This document shows, piece by piece, positions 57,429 to 64,000 of a stretch of 64,000 nt of DNA. The DNA comes from Giardia intestinalis (lineage: Eukaryota), in assembly GCA_000002435.2 (NCBI GenBank), contig CM018790.1; one strand, given 5' to 3'. Position 1 is the first letter of the stretch; every line of letters begins with the position of its first letter. A program made the position numbers and the translations under genes. The notes under the pieces are model-generated. The model had not been told where the DNA came from, did not search any database, and worked only from the letters and a program-made list of their open reading frames with translations.

Positions 57429-58844
57429 TCACGCATCCTCCACTGTGGGAGCCTGACGCTTCACAATGGTAGTGAGATCTAGAGTCTCTCCTGTAATGCG
57501 TTGATACATGTCTATTGCATCAGCTACTGTGCTCTCGAAGTGGGACGTAGCGTCGTAAGACTTGCTGATAAAGATATTTCTCCTCTGAGCCTCCTCCTTT
57601 GGTTCTAATAGGTCATACTCTTTGTAAAAGGTCTTACTGATTCCTGCTCTCTTGAGAATATCAAATCCTGCCTTGAGCTCATCGCGGTTGTCACTCCTAC
57701 TTCCATAGACAAGGCCTGAGACATAGCCCAGCACACAGTTGCGTGGCGTAGTTCGATGGTTGTATCCCTGCGTCGAGACATAGATATCTGATTTGCGTTG
57801 TATCTGAGAGGCTGGAAGAATGACTTGGTGGGCGGTTTGCACGATTCTATTTCCAGCGCCATCCTTCTCCACGTCGGACTGCTGGTCACATTCCGGAATA
57901 GGGCCTTTTAATATGCATATCGCCCGGCCCACGCGTCCCTTGCTCACAACAAGGTCAGGAAAATAGCTGGGATCTCCCACGACGATTGGGGCAGAAACTT
58001 CATGGTCTCCGAATCGTACTCCACGAACCTTCTTGTCATCGTTGTACAAAATTTCAGAAACAGGGGTATTGAGCATGTATATTCCTCCCCACACGGCTGC
58101 AACCCTGCTGAACGCCTGCGGGAGGTCTCCCAGGCCGTAGAGAGGATAGATGAAGGGAGACTGGCCAAAGCGGCTGAGGCTCTGCGTGTAGAGATCGATG
58201 CGGCGGAAGGTCTCCAAAGCTGGCTTGTTCAAATACTCATCATCCAGCTCTAAAGCCATTGCATGTCCAATGAACTCCTTAGTCGAATCCGAAAGCTTAT
58301 ATGCATCAAAGTATTCGTTACAAGTAGCAGTTGCAGGTGTCTTTCCCTGGCTAGATAAATTGGAGGTAGCAGATGGATTCTCTTCAAAGCTAGTAATATA
58401 CTCGAAAAGGTTTGCCATACGCTTTTTCTCAAACAGACCCATAAGTTTTGAGTCCAGAGCTTGCTTGGTTGTGGCGGGCACACGATGAATGACACCGTTA
58501 TTGTAAACAAACGCACCTGCGACACGCCCAAACTCCAGATAGTGAAGACAATCAACATGACGAAGCATGTAGAATAAGTCTCCGCTGGAGAGTATGAACT
58601 TAGGTATAAGGTCTATGCTCCATTCGTTGTCCTTTCCGAACTCTGCGGGGATTGACGACAGACTTTCACCAAAAAAAGAGTAAAGTTGCGAGAGTTTCAA
58701 TGACGCACAATCTCCTCCGTAGAAGTCATTTCGATCAATGTGAAGGACCTTACGCCCGTGGACAGACAGGAGAGCAGAGACAATCCCCTCTTTCAGACCT
58801 GTGCCCAAAACTATGGCATCGAACTCCTTGGGAAGGGTGTCCAT
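57429..58844 (-). CDS. GDI: Rab GDP-dissociation inhibitor
   Basis: MDTLPKEFDAIVLGTGLKEGIVSALLSVHGRKVLHIDRNDFYGGDCASL matches the GDI N-terminus ([41 protein letters not shown]), and the match is collinear over the full length. Confidence 0.9.
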   Translation of the reverse strand: MDTLPKEFDAIVLGTGLKEGIVSALLSVHGRKVLHIDRNDFYGGDCASLKLSQLYSFFGESLSSIPAEFGKDNEWSIDLIPKFILSSGDLFYMLRHVDCLHYLEFGRVAGAFVYNNGVIHRVPATTKQALDSKLMGLFEKKRMANLFEYITSFEENPSATSNLSSQGKTPATATCNEYFDAYKLSDSTKEFIGHAMALELDDEYLNKPALETFRRIDLYTQSLSRFGQSPFIYPLYGLGDLPQAFSRVAAVWGGIYMLNTPVSEILYNDDKKVRGVRFGDHEVSAPIVVGDPSYFPDLVVSKGRVGRAICILKGPIPECDQQSDVEKDGAGNRIVQTAHQVILPASQIQRKSDIYVSTQGYNHRTTPRNCVLGYVSGLVYGSRSDNRDELKAGFDILKRAGISKTFYKEYDLLEPKEEAQRRNIFISKSYDATSHFESTVADAIDMYQRITGETLDLTTIVKRQAPTVEDA

Positions 58845-59198
58845 CCAATTTTTATAATTATGTTTCCCTTTACAAAAACATGTGCTCTATCGCAAGATCC
58901 TAGCAATCTACTTTTATAACTAAAGAGACGTGCAAGCAACCTGAGCCGAAAAGGTCTACGTCGATCACTCTTTCTGCTTTTGACTTTCGACAGATTTACA
59001 GTTCCATATATCATGCGTTGGAAAAGAAATCAGACCGTGAAAGCCTTCGTAAACTCTCGCACTCTGCACCCAATTACATCTCTCAGGTCAGCAGCAACAG
59101 CAAACCAACTGATAAAAAGAGTCTCTGCACCATTGTACTTTTATCACAAAAATGGAATTTTTGTGAATTTAGTCTAGATTGTTGTACAAAATACAACC

Positions 59199-62018
59199 AT
59201 GTCCAGCGATGAGTCCCGGCTCTCCATTATTCAGAAGCTATGCATCAGCACAATAAAGGAGGGTGCCATCACAGCTTTCATCGATATCTTCCGGCTTACA
59301 CACATGGAGCAGCCAATGGGGAAGAACCAACCGAACAACCTTAATGATCTAGTGTCAACATCGGGCCCAACAGTCGCAGAGATCCTTCATCAGTTTTCGT
59401 TCGACAACCCCCTGAATTTCAACCAGACTAAATTATTGACTGTTCAGGCCCTGCTGTTGGCTGCAGATACGCATCAGATGAACGAAGACTATTTCAGCCG
59501 CTTTGATGCACTCTCAAAGCTAGCAGACATCTTCTTTGAGACGCAACTCGCACGCACCCAATTCCGCATGATGCCCTTGGTGACACCGCATCCCACCATC
59601 ACGTCTCTCACCGACGAGAATGACACCATAGGCTGTGCAGACATTTTAATCCACATCACTTCTCCCGTTTTTAATAGACAAACAGAGCTTAAGGACCCAC
59701 TGATGGCTGCGGTGGCACACATAAGATCTATAGAAGACACGACGCAAATATACTGTCCTCTGGATGTATACTATGCTATTCTGGCACGCAACACACTCTA
59801 TAATATGGTGAAGTCTGTGGAAGATGCAAACTCGATTGCAGGCCTCCTAGGTAATATTCTCCCCCGGTTGAAAACTGGCACTCCGGAAGACTTCACTCCA
59901 TCCGACCCCATAACTATTCCCAAGAACATGAAGACACGTATGCTTTTGTATACCATTGTCTGCTATCTGCGGTTAGGAAAGAGCTTGCACTTTTTTCAGC
60001 TCCACCGCGCAGCCCACGGAGTTCTTGATGTCTGCTTGGTTGCTATCGCAGCTATTGAGCAGCACCTAGATGTTGACTTTAGTGCGGTCTTCGAGCCCAC
60101 GGTTGACAATGGGTACAAGGTGCTCATACCAGATGATGTTACTCGAGAAGCACAGACGGAAACAGCCTTAATTGACAAGCAGGATGGAGACCATTCAAAA
60201 CACACTAGCTTTGCTGGAGCACGGCTCGATGTGGAGTCGGTTCCATACATGCCATTCACAAGGTTAGAGGAAGAGGCGCTGCCGACTTTTATCAGCGACG
60301 ATCCTAACGAGAACTATGCCTCGTACATTGACACTCTTGCAGAGCTGGCTTTCATAGCAAGAATGATGATGGTTCATAACTTAATGTTCATCGCATGCAC
60401 GGCCTTCAGCAACGCCATAAGTGAAAGCGACCTTATGTTTGTACGCGCCGATGTCTTAGCGTTACATGCACGAATATCTCAATTAAATAATACTCCACGG
60501 ACCAATACTAGTACCAATAACGCAGGTCTGAGCGGTTCACATATGTTATCTGATGACTTCAAGCAGAAAACCGTTGATGAGACGCTTTCCGTATCCTCTC
60601 TGGCCGACCCCATTTCTCTGCCAAATAAAATATTACATAACATGCCATGCAGCTACGTTTGCGCCCTATCAGGGTGTGTCCTGCTCATGAACGCTGCAGA
60701 CATAGCATTCGGGTTTAATATCTATCCCCTCATAATGCCTATCTGTAGACGTCTGTTTGAAATCACAACTCGCCTCAACTGCGTCGATATAGTTACTCCA
60801 TACATTGATAAACTTCTAGCCGGAGACACTGAGTTTGCAATTTTGGGCCATTCTTGGGCTGCAAATTGGGCTGCAGCAAGGGGTGACAGCGACGACTTGG
60901 TACAGCATCTAATGGCTCGATGGAAGCTAGCAAATCAGGAGCTTAGCAGCACAGCCGAAGCTCTTGCAGAGACTAATTGCAATTCTGGCGCTGATCTCCT
61001 GACAATCTTGAACAATATGAACTATGAAGAGAGGCCTCCCTCAGAGCAAGCAGCCCTGCAGCCTCAAAAGTCTAGGGTGCGCTTTGATGTAGCCTCGGCC
61101 CTTAGCTCTGTGAGGTCTACGTCTGGCTCAGTAGATCCCGCAAAGCTGGCCACCAATCTAGATTCGATAGATGACTCCGGCGGTCCTCCCGGGCCTTCAC
61201 ATCTGGAGACCTGCGTTGATATGCTCGATGATTTGAACGCTTCATTACTCAATCCGGAAGAAATGCTTTTGACGGACAATAACCTTCGGAGTGGATTGAG
61301 AGAAGCAATTGCTGTCCCCATTCAGATTGAAGACGTCCCCAGTACCCCGGACTCACAGCAGATTATTCAATCTGATAGTGAGCTTCGCGCATACAGATCA
61401 GCCCAGAAGTTTCTCACAGATGCGGGAGTCCCCTCTGTTGGGAGAGATATGGGATCAAGCGGGCTTCTGGATGCCACTCGCACCAAGCCGACCTTGAAGG
61501 TCTCGGAGTCAGACATGATACGCTGGAATATAGCCCGTGCCAGAGCCATGGTTGGCGCACGTGAAGCTGTTGCTGCTGCGTCTGCGTTGTCGTGTGCTGG
61601 AAACACCAAGAAAAAGTCTACTCCAGGGACTGTGGACGATCTTGAGCTTATGACTGGAGCGTGGAATACTATTGCAGGAATATATGCGAGCAATCGCGAC
61701 GCGCACATAGCGGGCCATGAACACCTGGCTGAGCAGAATGATCCAAGCCTGATGGACATGACTGTGAGTGTAGGAGGGACACTAGGAACATCTTCTGCTG
61801 GCGCTGGTCTTGGAAAGCGTAGCAATGCAGAAACTATGGAAAGGATCATTGCAGAAGAGCGTAGAGGGGTCTCTACTTCTGTTGTTGAGGCGCGAGTACG
61901 GCTGGGCGCCGTAAAGGGTCAGTTGTTGGTTCAGCAAGTACTCGGGAACCTGCACCACCAGGTGCTTGAGGATGCCAACGAGGGTGATCTAGATAGTTGT
62001 CTGCAGGAGGGTGAATGA
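59199..62018 (+). CDS. Hypothetical protein (939 aa)
   Basis: ATG with leader caaaatacaaccATG. It is transcribed divergently from the GDI gene across a roughly 350-bp region. No recognised domain. Confidence 0.5.
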   Translation: MSSDESRLSIIQKLCISTIKEGAITAFIDIFRLTHMEQPMGKNQPNNLNDLVSTSGPTVAEILHQFSFDNPLNFNQTKLLTVQALLLAADTHQMNEDYFSRFDALSKLADIFFETQLARTQFRMMPLVTPHPTITSLTDENDTIGCADILIHITSPVFNRQTELKDPLMAAVAHIRSIEDTTQIYCPLDVYYAILARNTLYNMVKSVEDANSIAGLLGNILPRLKTGTPEDFTPSDPITIPKNMKTRMLLYTIVCYLRLGKSLHFFQLHRAAHGVLDVCLVAIAAIEQHLDVDFSAVFEPTVDNGYKVLIPDDVTREAQTETALIDKQDGDHSKHTSFAGARLDVESVPYMPFTRLEEEALPTFISDDPNENYASYIDTLAELAFIARMMMVHNLMFIACTAFSNAISESDLMFVRADVLALHARISQLNNTPRTNTSTNNAGLSGSHMLSDDFKQKTVDETLSVSSLADPISLPNKILHNMPCSYVCALSGCVLLMNAADIAFGFNIYPLIMPICRRLFEITTRLNCVDIVTPYIDKLLAGDTEFAILGHSWAANWAAARGDSDDLVQHLMARWKLANQELSSTAEALAETNCNSGADLLTILNNMNYEERPPSEQAALQPQKSRVRFDVASALSSVRSTSGSVDPAKLATNLDSIDDSGGPPGPSHLETCVDMLDDLNASLLNPEEMLLTDNNLRSGLREAIAVPIQIEDVPSTPDSQQIIQSDSELRAYRSAQKFLTDAGVPSVGRDMGSSGLLDATRTKPTLKVSESDMIRWNIARARAMVGAREAVAAASALSCAGNTKKKSTPGTVDDLELMTGAWNTIAGIYASNRDAHIAGHEHLAEQNDPSLMDMTVSVGGTLGTSSAGAGLGKRSNAETMERIIAEERRGVSTSVVEARVRLGAVKGQLLVQQVLGNLHHQVLEDANEGDLDSCLQEGE

Positions 62019-62311
62019 GCAGAAGCTTCTGAGCTCTGCTAAGTTCTCTATAATTAGCGTAAAAGGGTATATGTAAGATTGAAAAGAGAATGTAAAGAGC
62101 CAAAAGTAAAGAACGTTTGTAATTTGCACATACGTCGCATAACCGATATGGCAGCTTGGTCCTTGGCACTCAGCGGAGGAGCACACCCATTTGCTTTTGA
62201 AGCATTGGTTTTAGTTCACGGCAAATTGTTTAGAACTAAAGTGGAAAAGAACTGGGTATATGTTTTGCAATGATAATTGGGGTGTCTATGGCCCAATAAA
62301 GGAACGTAACC

Positions 62312-63166
62312 ATGCACAAGCGCTTCTATGAATACCAAAAAATGGTGATCCTGCAATCAGCCAAGATAGGAGAGCTGACCCCGCTGATGGAGGCGGTTAT
62401 AAATCCAACTGTTCAGCTGACAGATGACTTGATAGCCACATATGCTGGCATGGCAATGGACGGAATCCATAGGTACGGTAGGTGGAATATCTTTAACCCC
62501 ACAGCTTTGATGTTAGCCGCAGCCTACAACAATGTGGATGGTGTCAGGAAGCTTATCGATACTACGGAAGTCCGTATGCAAAACGCTCACGGATGGACGG
62601 CGCTGATGTACGCATCCGTGAATGGTCACACGGAGTGTGTAAAGCTTCTTAGAGATGTCGAGGCAGGCCTTCAGTGCTTAGATGGTATGACTGCCCTAAT
62701 AGAGGCGGCGCAGCACGGCAAGACAGAGGTGGTACAGCTTCTGCTTGAGAAGGAGGGGGGTCTCTCCACGAATGAGTGCTTTGAGCACGGGAGCGGCTTC
62801 ACGGCCCTCATGGCTGCGTGTCGCTCAAATCATTATGATGCAGCAAAGCTGTTATATGACTGCGAAAAAGGGATGACCCAAGCAGACGGCTGGACTGCTC
62901 TAATGTGGGCAGCAAGCGAGGGGCAGTATAGGTGCGTACGCCTCATGATGCCTGCAGAGGCTGGCATGGTCATCAACGAAAGCTCAGAGGAATTCCGTGG
63001 GTGGACCGCGATGACCTGGGCTGTGAGCAATGGAAATATTGACTGTGCTGAGCTCCTGGCTAAAGACGAGTTAGATAAATCAAGGAACGACATCCTTCGT
63101 ATCATCCAAACTTCGGATGATCTGAGTCCCGACCAGATCCGGCAGTGCAAGGATCTGCTGATGTAG
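62312..63166 (+). CDS. Ankyrin-repeat protein (Protein 21.1-like)
   Basis: Eight or more ankyrin units (GWTALMYASVNGH..., GMTALIEAAQHGK...). Confidence 0.65.
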   Translation: MHKRFYEYQKMVILQSAKIGELTPLMEAVINPTVQLTDDLIATYAGMAMDGIHRYGRWNIFNPTALMLAAAYNNVDGVRKLIDTTEVRMQNAHGWTALMYASVNGHTECVKLLRDVEAGLQCLDGMTALIEAAQHGKTEVVQLLLEKEGGLSTNECFEHGSGFTALMAACRSNHYDAAKLLYDCEKGMTQADGWTALMWAASEGQYRCVRLMMPAEAGMVINESSEEFRGWTAMTWAVSNGNIDCAELLAKDELDKSRNDILRIIQTSDDLSPDQIRQCKDLLM

Positions 63167-63242
63167 GTGTAGATGTTTCCTGTAAATAGAAGGGAAGAAC
63201 GTTTCTCTTTACTGTTATGAGAAGACTGCTGGTGGATTATCT

Positions 63243-63989
63243 CTAGTTCTCCTGATCTTGCCACAGCCTTGTCCACTGCTCATAACGACGCTGGGCAAGC
63301 TGGCCATTCTCGTAAATAAGGAGAGGCTTGACTGAGTATTCATCCAAGTCCGGAAATCCATTGGTCATCCGTTCGAATGTATCTTCGGTGATAATTACTG
63401 GTTGCTCTATGTTAATCTTGGCACCACACATGAGACAAACACACTGACCATTCTTTATCTCCTCCTCCTTATAAACATCATAGAATCCCAGTTTTGAGCA
63501 TGTCCACAAACAAGTGGGACATTCGCAATAGTCTGCAAGCGTGATCTGGGCTCCTGTTGCGCTATCCAATGGTAGAACGGCCATACAATTTTCACAACTG
63601 AGTGACCCTAAGAGTACGTTTTCTCCACAGGAGCAGCATGAGCGATATTCAGCGTCAACAGGCTCCCCTTTCTTGTGCTTACGCACCACTTGCTCTACAG
63701 GTTTCTTATACTTCTCAGGTATCTTGTCTCCGTACTCTTTAAGCAAGATGCACGCACATTCATATGCTTCATTTGCATAGCGTGGACCTGCACGACTACA
63801 TTCCACGGTAGCCGGAAGAAGCACATTGACAGCAGCGTCTCCAAACCTACTTGCAAGCCTACTTGTACGATACAGACACATAGCAGCTTGCGCATGAAGG
63901 CCTGCCTTTGAGAAAACCTTGCCTGCTTCAAGCCCGTGCAGAAGAATAAGCAAGTCCCGAAATTTTGTGGGCATATGCTTGGCCTGCAT
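63243..63989 (-). CDS. C-terminal part of a larger gene (its 5' end lies beyond the window): an alpha-helical/TPR-like region plus tandem Cys-rich zinc-ribbon motifs, possibly an IFT-A subunit (IFT121/122-type)
   Basis: The frame stays open to nt 64000. Cys clusters are CSCGEN...CENC, CECPTC...C and CVCLMCG, forming two zinc-ribbon-like modules after helical repeats. IFT121/122/144 are known to have this layout, but I have not verified it by alignment. Confidence 0.35.
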   Translation of the reverse strand: MQAKHMPTKFRDLLILLHGLEAGKVFSKAGLHAQAAMCLYRTSRLASRFGDAAVNVLLPATVECSRAGPRYANEAYECACILLKEYGDKIPEKYKKPVEQVVRKHKKGEPVDAEYRSCCSCGENVLLGSLSCENCMAVLPLDSATGAQITLADYCECPTCLWTCSKLGFYDVYKEEEIKNGQCVCLMCGAKINIEQPVIITEDTFERMTNGFPDLDEYSVKPLLIYENGQLAQRRYEQWTRLWQDQEN

Positions 63990-64000
63990 TCTGAGCTTAC

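Noticed and set aside
1-64000. Prokaryotic interpretation (operons, defence islands, CRISPR arrays, IS elements, tRNA or rRNA genes).
   Set aside because: The domain content is eukaryotic (proteasome alpha, exportin, GCN1, IFT38, Rab GDI, ankyrin/NEK, VSP) and the polyA signals are Giardia-type. The short tandem repeats have only 2-4 units and no spacer architecture, so they are not CRISPR. I found no GTTCGA-type T-loop or other tRNA-like or rRNA-like sequence in the intergenic regions. The GC island does not match what I recall of Giardia SSU rRNA, but that should be checked by BLAST.

Overview
This window looks like nuclear DNA from the diplomonad Giardia intestinalis (lamblia), not a prokaryote. 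Four things point that way. One ORF is a textbook variant-specific surface protein: CXXC-rich, with a GGCY motif and a C-terminal membrane anchor ending ...CRGKA. The 15-nt VSP-type extended polyadenylation motif ACTTAGGTAGTAAAT sits right after its stop codon. Several other genes carry AGTRAAY polyA signals a few nt past their stops. The genes are intron-free and densely packed, with very short A/T-rich regions ahead of each start codon, and there are many 'Protein 21.1'-type ankyrin genes and NEK-like kinase-ankyrin fusions. Overall GC is about 49%. I call 35 protein-coding genes. The ORF track uses TTG/GTG/CTG as starts, so I moved several starts to the first ATG that has an A/T-rich leader (1571, 3766, 4642, 36689, 38835, 38963, 42430, 47805, 57291). 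Confident identifications are phosphoglycerate kinase, Rab GDI, proteasome alpha7, a RidA/YjgF protein, an aldo-keto reductase, PP2C, a MORN-repeat protein, a bacterial-type PgsA (PGP synthase), a GPAT3/4-like acyltransferase, CLUAP1/IFT38, a HELQ/Hel308-family helicase, a GCN1-like 2832-aa HEAT protein, a CRM1-like exportin, a DP/E2F-like winged-helix protein, and an ankyrin/coiled-coil head-stalk protein. The first 11.3 kb is a same-strand tandem array of six ankyrin-repeat paralogues: two ankyrin-RING E3-like genes bracket three NEK-type pseudokinase-ankyrin genes and one kinase-less copy. The most anomalous stretch is a roughly 1.2-kb, roughly 70% GC island (about 40.3-41.6 kb) with no coherent ORF. 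It lies in a 2.1-kb gene-free gap directly upstream of the VSP gene. Several 3' intergenic regions also contain short perfect tandem duplications and palindromes. I found no rRNA, tRNA, CRISPR array or transposon that I could support from the sequence alone.
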